Assembly (NCBI GenBank): GCA_950097015.1
Contig: CATNEN010000001.1
Span: 4,278,001-4,342,000 of the forward strand
Reading direction: 5' to 3'
DNA from: Macrostomum hystrix
Taxonomy: Eukaryota; Animalia; Platyhelminthes
Length of the DNA stretch: 64,000 nt
Shown: positions 48,018 to 60,324 of the stretch, piece after piece
Numbering within the stretch: the first letter of the stretch is position 1
Layout of the letters: every line of letters begins with the position of its first letter
Program-made: the position numbers and the translations under genes
The notes under the pieces: model-generated
The model's input: only the letters and a program-made list of their open reading frames with translations
Databases searched by the model: none
Told to the model about the DNA's origin: nothing

Positions 48018-51000
48018 TCAGCAGTTTTCACCTGCCGTCCTCTGCCTTCCGCTTCCTGCCTCTCCGCTGGCGCTCCAGGCTGACGGACTCGCTCTCCGTC
48101 TCGATCGCGACGCATCGCTGATCAGCGTCTCCGGCAGCGACTTTGCAAACCGCTGCAGCTTTGCGTGGATCCAGCCGTCTCTCTGCTGCGCCACTGTTTC
48201 CATAGCAACCAGCCGACCGAGCTCATCATTGATCAGATGCAGCCGCGCTCTCACCCACAGCCTCCGCTCCTCATCCTCCAAACTCGAGTGGCTGTCGCTG
48301 CGAGTGGAAATTCGCCACAGCTTTTCCCTGACCCAGCGGATCTTCTCCTCATCCTGCGTCTCCATGGCGACGCGTCTCTCGTCCCTGACGGTCTCCATCT
48401 GTCGCAGGCTGAACTCCACGTGCTCAACTCGGTCGCTGTAGTGAGCCAGAGTGAGCAGCTCCTCCAAGTCCGGGTCCTCTTGCAGCTCTGAGAGCCACGC
48501 ATCGAAGTCGATTGCTGTGCGATTGCGGAGCAGCTCAGCTTGGAGACTCCATATCAGGCAGCGGAAGTTCACGTACAGGTGCTCAGAGCGAGGCTGCGAC
48601 AGTCTGGCTGTGAGCAGAGTCTGCGTGAACTCGGGAAGGAATGGGAATCGAGGCGGAGTGTCTGCGGGGAGGCAGAACCTCCACGCCCAGTCCGAGTCTG
48701 GTGGTAATTTAACAGAATTGCGTTGCAGACGAGAAACTTTACTGGGCTTGAGTCCACAAACTACTTGATGATTCCGGAGCTCCATCGCGAGTCTCTCAGC
48801 CTCCTTGGTGTCCCCGAACTTCAAATGCGCCATGGCGGTCATGCACAGGGCAGCGCACTTGCACCACCGCAGCTGATGCAGGAGACTGAGCTGCCTCATC
48901 AGGGCGTCTCTGTCTGCAGACTCTGACTGCAGCTCGCGAACACAATGGTGCACCACACTGTACACGTCTGCTGACATCTTATAACTAAATTTCCTAATCT
49001 GAGTGACAGCAGGCGGCGCTGTCAGTGGCAGCAGTGTGAACAGGTGAAAGTAGAAATTCTCTGACTGCAGAGGTCTCACGAGTCCCGTCATCTGCTCAAC
49101 CACTCCGCCGATGTCGCTTCTCAGCTCTCTCAGTCGGTCTCGAACCGTCGCCTTCGTGTTGTCGAAATCGCCGCCGATTCCAGCGTTCTTGAAGTAGAGC
49201 GGAGCGTCGGACATGAAGAAGTGCGGCATGCACTCATCGGGTGAGCTGCTTGAGTCGATGAAGCTCAGCATCGTGTCGAGAGACTCCTTCAGCAGTGAGA
49301 TCAGATTCTGAGGCTGCCAAGCTTCAGCATTCGGGTCTGTGCCATGCTTCTCCAGCATGAAGAAGAGCAGAGTCTTTGCATGGTAGGTCTTGAGTCCAGG
49401 TGTGTCCAGAGTGAGTGGCAAATGTCTCTTGAAGATGAACTTGATGATTGAGAACAGCTGTCCCTGGACTGTGCTCAGATTTCTCATGGCCTTTTTCTCT
49501 TGGAAGCTGAAGCTCACTCTGAGCTCATTGGTCTCATTCGGTCTGGTTGCCCTCACGAGGTGAACATTTACTTTATAAATGCTCAGCTTCCTAACTCTGT
49601 GCTCACTGAATGAGCTGCAGCACATGATCGCATGGCACGTGTCCTGAGCAGGCCGCACACCGCATGCCTTGGCTGAGACCGCAGGTTGGCTGCCTGCAGT
49701 GGGTGGTGAAACCCAGCATTTTTGTGACAAACGTCAAGTTCGGGACTCTATTTTTAACCATAAAACTTTCCTGGATTGACACCAAACTACTCGTAAACCT
49801 CTAAACCCGTGAAGCACATGTCATGGCAGATGTCACTCACCTGACCCCACTGCCACCTGCGCGTGACCCTCCGTGACCCGCTGCTTCGTGGCAACTTCGC
49901 AGTCATTCCAATTATTCGTTTCATCGCAGCTGCCTTCCAGATGCAGCAGCTGCCCTTGAACCAGCACAGTCCAGTCAATGTCTGAGTCAGCCGCTGTCCT
50001 GCCGTTCACTTGCACCAGACTGTTGGCCCAGCCCTCTGCGTAGCTGCCTGTCATCTGCATCTCCCAGTTCTGAGTGAGGACTTGAGCGACTATTTCCAGC
50101 CAGTCAGCCATTGTCTGCTGACACATTGCTCTCTCCTCAGTGAATCCCGCATCGCTGAGCAGTCGGTGCAGTTCCTCGCTGAGCTGCCTGTCCCGCTGTG
50201 AGTCGTCTCTGAGCCTGGAATGATGGGGAACTCAGTCAGCTGATGGATTGTACACCTGCACAGACTGGCATCTCAAGCTGATCAGCAGAATCAGCAACTC
50301 ACCCAGTGAGACTTGAGTCGGTGCAGAGTCCGGCTGGCCTCCTCGCTGAAATCCGGTTTGCTGAAAAGTTCAGGAGGAAGTAGATCCGATTTACACCGGT
50401 ATCCTTTTGACCAGACCAAGTGTTCAGTGCATAATCATTAATACAATTACTAAATCGCAGTTAAAACATTCTATGCATCGAGAGTTACATCCTTGGCCCT
50501 TGCATTTGTAGTCCTTGGGACAAAGCAGGGAGGGTGGAGAAAAGGCAGAAACGGGATGCAAATACGTGGATAAGGAAAATTTGGTCCAATGAGTCTGTTC
50601 AAGCAATACTGCATTCAAAGCCAGTTTGGAGCTCAGTTTGATCTGAAAATTCAAGTAGAAGCAAACTAACACGCAGGATCAGTTCCTGAAGATTGCAAAC
50701 TGAAGGAAATTAACACAGCATGACTGCCTCACCTCGATCGCGGGATCCCCAACAGTCGCAGCACCTGCTGATGTCCGCGCTGCTCCGCCAGCTGCGCACA
50801 AGTCCGACCCCGGCCGTCTCGATGACTCACATCCGCTCCTCTGTCCATCAGAGTCTTGGCTGCTCGCACGTGACCCGCTTCACAAGCTCGCGACAGAGCT
50901 GTCCGACCCTGACTGTCTTCAGCTCGCACTGACGCACCGAGATCCACCAGCCTCTCAATGAGCTCGTGATGACCTGCATCAGCTGCCAGCATGAGAGCAG

Positions 51001-53317
51001 TGGCTCCTGAGCTGTCGTCTGGCTGATCGACGTGTTCTCTGCTGAGTCGCTCCTCATTGATGAGGGTGAGAGCCAGTGCGACATGGCCATGGGAGATTGA
51101 AGCACTGAGCAGCTGCGCGATCTGGGCTGGCTGCATTCGAGACAGAGTCTGGGTGAGAATCGAGTTCCTGCCCTCAATGGCCATCGAGGCGGTGAAGCTG
51201 AGCACTGGACTGAATTGGAAGAGCCAGTCGGGCTGAAGATCGAGGATAGCAACGACATCTTCAAGGAGACGAGAGCAGGCCGCGACTGCGCAGTCACGAC
51301 AAACATTCTGTTTCAAGGCTTGGTCAGCGACTGTCGGCACCAGAAACTTCACCACCTCCCAGTGACCAATGATTGCAGCAGATTTCACAGCCTTGCTGCA
51401 GCACTGATCTCTCACTTTTTGGTCGGTGACTGTCGGCACCAGAAACTTCACCACCTCCCACTGACCCTCGATTGCAGCAGATTTCGTAGCCTCGCTGCAG
51501 CACTGATCTCTCACTGTTTGGTCAGCGATTTTCGGCACCAGAAACTTCACCACCTCCAACTGACCCCTGTATGCAGCAGACTTCGCAGCCTCGCTGCAGC
51601 ACTGATCTCTCACTTTTTGGTCAGCGACTGTCGGCACCAGAAACTTCACCACCTCCCAATGACCCTCGATTGCAGCAAATATCGTAGCCTCGCTGCAGCA
51701 CTCATCTCTCACATTTTGGGCAGCGACTATCGGCACCAGAAACTTCACCACCTCCAACTGACCATTCATTGCAGCAGATATCGCAGCCTCGCTGCAGCAC
51801 TGATCTCTCACATTTTGGTCAGCGACTGTCGGCACCAGAAACTTCACCACCTCCCAGTGACCATTTTTAGCAGCAGATTCCGTAGCCTCGCTGCTGCACT
51901 GATCTCTCACTTTTTGGTCAGCGACTGTCGGCACCAGAAACTTCACCACCTCCATCTGACCCTTGATTGCAGCAGATTTTGCAGCCTCGCTGCAGCACTG
52001 ATCTCTCACTTTTTCGTCAGCGACTGTCGGCACCAGAAACTTCACCACCTCCAACTGACCCTTGAATGCAGCAAATTTCGCAGCCTCGCTGCAGCAATCA
52101 TCTCTCACATTTTGGTCAGCGACTGTCGGCACCAGAAACTTCACCACCTCCCACTGACCCTCGATTGCAGCAGATATCGCAGCCTCGCTGCAGCACTGAT
52201 CTCTCACTTTTTGGTCAGTGACTGTCGGCACCAGAAACTTCACCACCTCCAACTGACCATTCATTGCAGCAGATTTCGCAGCCTCGCTGAAGCACTGATC
52301 TCTCACTTTTTGGTCAGTGACTGTCGGCACCAGAAACTTCACCACCTCCAACTGACCATTCATTGCAGCAGATATCGCAGCCTCGCTGCAGCACTGATCT
52401 CTCACATTTTGGTCAGCGACTGTCGGCACCAGAAACTTCACCACCTCCCAGTGACCATTTTTAGCAGCAGATTCCGTAGCCTCGCTGCTGCACTGATCTC
52501 TCACTTTTTGGTCAGCGACTGTCGGCACCAGAAACTTCACCACCTCCATCTGACCCTTGATTGCAGCAGATTTTGCAGCCTCGCTGCAGCACTGATCTCT
52601 CACTTTTTCGTCAGCGACTGTCGGCACCAGAAACTTCACCACCTCCAACTGACCCTTGAATGCAGCAAATTTCGCAGCCTCGCTGCAGCAATCATCTCTC
52701 ACATTTTGGTCAGCGACTGTCGGCACCAGAAACTTCACCACCTCCCACTGACCCTCGATTGCAGCAGATTTCGCAGCCTCGCTGCAGCACTGAACTCTCA
52801 CTTTTTGGTCAGCGATTGTCGGCACCAGAAACTTCACCACCTCCAACTGACCCCATCTTGCAGCAGATTCCGCAGCCTCGCTGCAGCACTGAACTCTCAC
52901 TTTTTGGTCAGCGATTGTCGGCACCAGAAACTTCACCACCTCCAACTGACCCCATCTTGCAGCAGATTTCGCAGCCTCGCTGCAGCACTGAACTCTCACT
53001 TTTTGGTCAGCGATTGTCGGCACCAGAAACTTCACCACCTCCAACTGACCCTTGAATGCAGCAAATTTCGCAGCCTCGCTGCAGCACTGAACTCTCACTT
53101 TTTGGTCAGCGATTGTCGGCACCAGAAACTTCACCACCTCCCACTGACCCTTGATTGCTGCAGATTTCGCAGCCTCGCTGCAGCACTGATCTCTCACTTT
53201 TTGGTCAGTGACTGTCTGCACCAGAAACTTCACCACCTCCCACTGACCCAATGACGCAGCGAGCTTTATAATACAGACGCGCCATTGAAGTGATGGATCT
53301 TCGCGCTGTGAGTCCAT
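48018..53317 (-). CDS. Ankyrin/cGLR fusion, copy 4, 20 N-terminal repeats (~1544 aa if micro-exon 2 is skipped)
   Basis: Exons 53317-50733, (50360-50303, 58 nt, frame-disrupting), 50214-49841, 49693-48018. Exon 1 to exon 3 splicing is in frame. TGSYAEG..SDID, QDTCHAI, ELRVSFSFQEK and KTYHAKT are intact. Confidence 0.78.
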
Positions 53318-53556
53318 ATCTTTAATTCTGAAATTAGCAAGTTCAGAAAACCTTTTGTGAATAAAGAAGCTTCAATTCAAATTATCTAGCTTTGATGTCG
53401 TGTATTGTGACGATTTGATTTCCGAGATATAGGATTTCCTGTCAGCCAAGTTCTGTGATTCAGAAAGCGGCCACCTTTCAGCGTGATGTGTTTTGACAAC
53501 TGCTCATGAGACCATCAGCAGACCGTCCTTCTTCATTGCATTAAAGGTCAATATCA

Positions 53557-54322
53557 AGTTGGAGGGGCGGATAATTGGAGGGGCGGATAGTTAAAGGGGC
53601 GGATTGTTGGAGGGGCGGATTGTTGGAGGGGCCGATAGTTGGAGGGGCGGATAGTTGGAGGAGCGGATAGTTGGAGGAGCGGATAGTTGGAGGGGCGGAT
53701 TGTTGGTGGCGGATGGTTGGAAGGGCGGATAGTTGGAAGGGCGGATAGTTTGAGGGGCGGATTGTTGGAGGGGCGGATAGTTGGAGGGGCGGATAGTTGG
53801 AGGAGCGGATAGTTGGAGGGGTTGATAGTTGGAGGGGCGGATAGTTGGAGGGGCGGATAGTTGTAGGAGCGGATAGTTGGAGGGGCGGATAGTTGTAGGA
53901 GCGGATAGTTGGAGGGGTTGATAGTTGGAGGGGCGGATAGTTGGAGGAGCGGATAGTTGGAGGGGCGGATAGTTGGAGGGGTTGATAGTTGGAGTGGCGG
54001 ATTGTTGGAGGAGCGGATAGTTGGAGGGGCGGATAGTTGGAGGGGTTGATAGTTGGAGGGGCGGATAGTTGTAGGAGCGGATAGTTGGAGGGGTTGATAG
54101 TTGGAGGGGCGGATAGTTGGAGGAGCGGATAGTTGGAGGGGCGGATAGTTGGAGGGGTTGATAGTTGGAGGGGCGGATTGTTGGAGGAGCGGATAGTTGG
54201 AGGGGCGGATAGTTGGAGAGTCGGATAGTTGGAGGAACGGATTGTTGGTGGCGGATTGTTGGAGGGGCGGATAGTTGGAGGGCGGATTGTTGGAGGGCGG
54301 ACAGTGTGAGGGGCGGATAGTT
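53557..54322. repeat. 16-bp G-rich satellite (degenerate GGAGGGGCGGATAGTT)
   Basis: Tandem array starting ~240 bp upstream of the copy 4 ATG. Confidence 0.95.
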
Positions 54323-55237
54323 TTAGAACTGCTAGTTGTGTTGTGGATGGTGGGTGTTAAGTTGCTACACCAGTTTTGCGACAAACGTATGTACAGTATG
54401 TACAGCTAAGAGGGTGGAGTCGTGTCGTACTTGCCTGAAAACTGCAGGAATGACGTTTCAGTAGAAAACTATTTTTAACTTGCACTTTGATCTGGGAATC
54501 GCAACTGCCTTATGTCTATGGCAAAAATGATCAAAACAGCAAGCGAGTTCTCACCTTGTCAGTAGAGTTCTTAGTAGACAAAAGGAGTAGTCAAAGCACT
54601 TCAAACTCCAAATTACTTCACAGAAAAGTCTCAGTAAAATGTGCTGCTGGAGTCAGACGGAATCAACAGAAATCAATGGAAGCAGATTTTCGGAGCTGCT
54701 AATTTTATAGACTTAAAGTTCATTTTTCGTTTTACATCCAAACAGCTCTGTTGAGAACTCTCATAGCCCATGCAGTTCTGGGTGGGTCGGTCTGGGCTTG
54801 GGGCTCGGCAGAGTACAGTTGCCCCTAGCAACTACACCCATTCAACTCAATGCGCAATCTCAAACTCAGAACCGAGATGAGCCGAGCAGAGAAGATGCGG
54901 CTGTGCTCAGCAACCCGTCCTCAGGCGGGGTGGCGGCAGTCTGGATCTGGGGGTCGAGTTTGCAGCAATGGGACAGAAGGAAAGCCAGCCAGAAGGAAAG
55001 TCAGTGAACTGGTCTGCACAATGGCCAGTGGAAGAATGAGATTTGAGATCATCTGTGAGTACAAATGTACGATCCTGCTTGTCGAAGCAAGCTTGCACAC
55101 AGGAACTCATCACTGCACAGCCGCGGGACTTGGCTTTAGATTGGTTCTCTCTGCTTTCAAACCTGCTACACTTCTTCTCCACTTAAGAATAGCATTATAC
55201 TGTAACTTTGTTAACCAAAAGCTTTTAACTAACAGAT

Positions 55238-56522
55238 GAATGGGTAGATCTAACAGTGGAATTGGGTAGATCTAACAGTGGAATGGGTAGATCTGACAGT
55301 GGAATGGGTAGATCTGACAGTGGAATGGGTAGATCTAACAGTGGAATGAGTAGATCTCACAGTGGAATGGGTGAATCTAACAGTGGAATGGGTAGATCTA
55401 ACAGCGGAATGGGTAGATCTAAGAGTGGAATGGGTAGATCTAACAGTGTAATGGGTAGATCTAACAGTGGAATGGGTAGATCTCACAGTGTAATGGGTAG
55501 ATCTAACAGTGGAATAGGTAGATCTAACAGCGGAATGGGTAGATTTACCAGCGGAATGTGTAGATCTCACAGTGGAATGAGTAGATCTCACAGTGGAATG
55601 GGTAGATCTGAAAGTGGAATGGGTAGATCTAACAGTGGAATGGGTAGATCTCACAGTGGAATGAGTAGATCTAACAGTGTAATGGGTAGATCTAACAGCG
55701 GAATGGGTAGATCTAACAGTGGAATGGGTAGATCTAACAGTGTAATGGGTAGATCTAACAGTGGAATGGGTAGATCTCACAGTGTAATGGGTAGATCTAA
55801 CAGTGGAATGGGTAGATCTAACAGCGGAATGGGTAGATTTACCAGCGGAATGGGTAGATCTCACAGTGGAATGAGTAGATCTCACAGTGGAATGGGTAGA
55901 TCTAACAGTGGAATGGGTAAATCTAACAGCGGAATGGGTAGATCTAACAGTGGGATGGGTAGATCTAACAGCGGAATGGGTAGATCTAACAGTGGGATGG
56001 GTAGATCTAACTGATGAATGAGTAGATCTAACTGATGAATGAGTAGACCTAACTGATGAATGAGTAGATCTAACTGATGAATGAGTAGATCTAACTGATG
56101 AATGAGTAGACCTAACTGATGAATGAGTAGATCTAACTGATGAATGAATAGATCTAACTGATGAATGAGTAGATCTAACTGATGAATGAGTAGATCTAAC
56201 TGATGAATGAGTAGACCTAACTGATGAATGAGTAGATCTAACTGATGAATGAGTAGACCTAACTGATGAATGAGTAGATCTAACTGATGAATGAGTAGAT
56301 CTAACTGATGAATGAGTAGACCTAACTGATGAATGAGTAGATCTAACTGATGAATGAGTAGACCTAACTGATGAATGAGTAGATCTAACTGATGAATGAG
56401 TAGACCTAACTGATGAATGAGTAGATCTAACTGATGAATGAGTAGATCTAACTGATGAATGAGTAGATCTAACTGATGAATGAGTAGACCTAACTGATGA
56501 ATGAGTAGACTTAACTGATGAA
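55238..56522. repeat. 21-bp minisatellite, two variants (GTAGATCTAACAGTGGAATGG, then GTAGATCTAACTGATGAATGA)
   Basis: Tandem array with an abrupt variant switch at ~56010. Confidence 0.96.
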
Positions 56523-57155
56523 TGTGTAATTCCAGTTACCCATAATCAACTTCAAGCAGGTGAAGCTGATGGTGCAAGTGGCTGTGATCGCTCCGACGCA
56601 GATTATTTAAATAGCTTTTCTTTTAATGTAATTTTTTTAATTTGCAAAGACGATAAAACTGACCAACTGCGCCATGCTGGTTGATCCTGTTGATTACATT
56701 GTTAGATAAAAGTACATTACTGAACCGATGCGCTAATTTACGGATTCGCCATGGAGGTTAATACAGAGCAATGTTAGTTGTCCTTGTCATCAGGGTCATC
56801 GCTGAATATCTGGACGATGCTGACGTCGGGCTGCCATGATAGTTACTTCATCGCAATGGGTGGGAAATTTTGATCCATATGGTTGACTTTCACGAAAATC
56901 GGTTATTCGGTTTCGGAGCTATCGCGTGAAGTAGGAATCGAAAAGTATTTGAAATATCCCAGCGGTTTTTTACTGTGTGATAAGGGATTTAGGATAAGAG
57001 AACTGTGAATTGAGGGATTTGAACTATTCGAGATAACTTAAATATAGCCAATTTTTGTTTAACGAAAAGACACAAAAGCTTAGAGAGACACATTTCAATT
57101 AGCAGGTGATTTCAAAGGCAAACTTAATACTCGCTACATGCAGAATCAGCAAATT

Positions 57156-57345
57156 AGCAATGGTCAGCAATGGTCAGCAATGGTCAGCAATGGTCAGCAA
57201 TGGTCAGCAATGGTCAGCAATGGTCAGCAATGGTCAGCAATGGTCAGCAATGTTTAGCAATGGTCAGCAATGGTCAGCAATGTTTAGCAATGGTCAGCAA
57301 TGGTCAGCAATGTTTAGCAATGTTTAGCAATGGTCAGCAATGGTC
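57156..57345. repeat. 10-bp minisatellite (AGCAATGGTC)
   Basis: Tandem array. Confidence 0.95.
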
Positions 57346-57743
57346 TAGGATTCAATAATATTTATTTACAAATCGAATAATAAAATAATAACACAGCTAT
57401 AATTATTTAAGAGAAGATTCGCATTAATAATTTTATTCCCCTGTTTACCGTTGGCGATGCAAAGCCGATAGGATAAATGTAGGAAAAGTACAATTGGGAA
57501 TATGAAATTAGCGAAGCAAAGCGATAGAAACGTCTACAAACTCGATAAAAACACTGGAGACAACTGGACTTGCCGATGTCCAATAATTTAACTGACATCA
57601 AATGTTGCCAAATTGTTAATTATAAAACCGATTGACACTTTTACCTTGAGTTTTTTAGCACATTGTATGCAGTATGCCAAATAAAAATAAACAAATTAAT
57701 CTTTAATTCTATTAATATGCTAGATATCAACACAAAAGACAAA

Positions 57744-60248
57744 TAGGGATTCTTAACTGATGGAGGGGATAAGTCGGTAGATTTTAGGGATTCTTAACTG
57801 ATGGAGGGGATAAGTCGGTAGATTTTAGGGATTCTTAACTGATGGAGGGGATAAGTCGATAGATTTTAGGGATTCTTAACTGATGGAGGGGATAAGTCGG
57901 TAGATTTTAGGGATTCTTAACTGATGGAGGGGATAAGTCGGTAGATTTTAGGGATTCTTAACTGATGGAGGGGATAAGTCGGTAGATTTTAGGGATTCTT
58001 AACTGATGGAGGGGATAAGTCGATAGATTTTAGGGATTCTTAACTGATGGAGGGGATAAGTCGGTAGATTTTAGGGATTCTTAACTGATGGAGGGGATAA
58101 GTCGGTAGATTTTAGGGATTCTTAACTGATGGAGGGGATAAGTCGGTAGATTTTAGGGATTCTTAACTGATGGAGGGGATAAGTCGGTAGATTTAGGGAT
58201 TCTTAACTGATGGAGGGGATAAGTGGGTAGATTTTAGGGATTCTTAACTGATGGAGGGGATAAGTCGGTAGATTTTAGGGATTCTTAACTGATGGAGGGG
58301 ATAAGTGGGTAGATTTTAGGGATTCTTAACTGATGGAGGGGATAAGTCGGTAGATTTTAGGGATTCTTAACTGATGGAGGGGATAAGTCAATAGATTTTA
58401 CGGATTCTTAACTGATGGAGGGGACAACTCGATAGATTTTAGGGATTCTTAACTGATGGAGGGGATAAGTCGGTAGATTTTAGGGATTCTTAACTGATGG
58501 AGGGGATAAGTCGGTAGATTTTAGGGATTCTTAACTGATGGAGGGGATAAGTCGATAGATTTAGGGATTCTTAACTGATGGAGGGGATAAGTCGGTAGAT
58601 TTTAGGGATTCTTAACTGATGGAGGGGATAAGTCGGTAGATTTTAGGGATTCTTAACTGATGGAGGGGATAAGTCGATAGTTAAAGGGATTCTTAACTGA
58701 TGGAGGGGATAAGTCGATAGATTTAGGGATTCTTAACTGATGGAGGGGATAAGTCGATAGATTTTAGGGATTCTTAACTGATGGAGGGGATAAGTGGGTA
58801 GATTTTAGGGATTCTTAACTGATGGAGGGGAAAAGTCGGTAGATTTTAGGGATTCTTAACTGATGGAGGGGATAAGTGGGTAGATTTTAGGGATTCTTAA
58901 CTGATGGAGGGGATAAGTGGGTAGATTTTAGGGATTCTTAACTGATGGAGGGGATAAGTCGGTAGATTTTAGGGATTCTTAACTGATGGAGGGGATAAGT
59001 CGGTAGATTTTAGGGATTCTTAACTGATGGAGGGGATAAGTCGGTAGATTTTAGGGATTCTTAACTGATGGAGGGGATAAGTCGGTAGATTTAGGGATTC
59101 TTAACTGATGGAGGGGATAAGTCGGTAGATTTTAGGGATTCTTAACTGATGGAGGGGATAAGTCGATAGATTTAGGGATTCTTAACTGATGGAGGGGATA
59201 AGTCGGTAGATTTTAGGGATTCTTAACTGATGGAGGGGATAAGTCGATAGATTTTAGGGATTCTTAACTGATGGAGGGGATAAGTCGGTAGATTTAGGGA
59301 TTCTTAACTGATGGAGGGGATAAGTCGGTAGATTTAGGGATTCTTAACTGATGGAGGGGATAAGTCGGTAGATTTAGGGATTCTTAACTGATGGAGGGGA
59401 TAAGTCGGTAGATTTTAGGGATTCTTAACTGATGGAGGGGACAAGTCGATAGATTTAGGGATTCTTAACTGATGGAGGGGATAAGTCGGTAGATTTAGGG
59501 ATTCTTAACTGATGGAGGGGATAAGTCGGTAGATTTTAGGGATTCTTAACTGATGGAGGGGACAAGTCGATAGATTTAGGGATTCTTAACTGATGGAGGG
59601 GATAAGTCGGTAGATTTAGGGATTCTTAACTGATGGAGGGGATAAGTCGGTAGATTTAGGGATTCTTAACTGATGGAGGGGATAAGTCGGTAGATTTAGG
59701 GATTCTTAACTGATGGAGGGGATAAGTCGGTAGATTTTAGGGATTCTTAACTGATGGAGGGGACAAGTCGATAGATTTAGGGATTCTTAACTGATGGAGG
59801 GGATAAGTCGGTAGATTTTAGGGATTCTTAACTGATGAAGGGGATAAGTCGGTAGATTTTAGGGATTCTTAACTGATGGAGGGATAAGTCGGTAGATTTT
59901 AGGGATTCTTAACTGATGGAGGGGATAAGTCGATAGATTTAGGGATTCTTAACTGATGGAGGGATAAGTCGATAGATTTTAGGGATTCTTAACTGATGGA
60001 GGGGATAAGTCGGTAGATTTTAGGGATTCTTAACTGATGGAGGGGATAAGTCGATAGATTTAGGGATTCTTAACTGATGGAGGGATAAGTCGGTAGATTT
60101 TAGGGATTCTTAACTGATGGAGGGGATAAGTCGGTAGATTTTAGGGATTCTTAACTGATGAAGGGGATAAGTCGATAGATTTAGGGATTCTTAACTGATG
60201 GAGGGGATAAGTCGATAGATTTAGGGATTCTTAACTGATGGAGGGGAT
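57744..60248. repeat. 40/41-bp minisatellite (TAGGGATTCTTAACTGATGGAGGGGATAAGTCGGTAGATTT), ~60 units
   Basis: Tandem array with no unique spacers. Confidence 0.97.
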
Positions 60249-60324
60249 GAAGCACAGTTGGGGATTCATCATTCGCAGATAATCCCATTCTAAGTTTCCC
60301 AGTCCATATGGAATTGCCGCAGTC

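Larger units (their letters stand above)
23561..48700. other. Recent tandem segmental duplication: 23561-35732 ~ 35733-46834, continuing into the 3' part of copy 4
   Basis: Near-identical blocks with offsets of 12,168-12,169 bp (cGLR exons) and 11,102 bp (PC4-like gene); the length difference lies mainly in repeat arrays. An older duplication relates ~1000-14800 to ~18790-29310. Confidence 0.92.

Noticed and set aside
51215-53254. 679-aa plus-strand ORF (and 13358-14242, 27976-28425, 40145-40753)
   Set aside because: Antisense shadows of the 99-nt ankyrin repeats; stop-free only because the unit repeats.
54400-57100. Short ORFs and possible plus-strand exons between satellites
   Set aside because: No recognisable motif or consistent splice model could be supported by eye.
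57744-60248. Possible CRISPR-like array
   Set aside because: Head-to-tail repeats without unique spacers, no cas genes, eukaryotic context.
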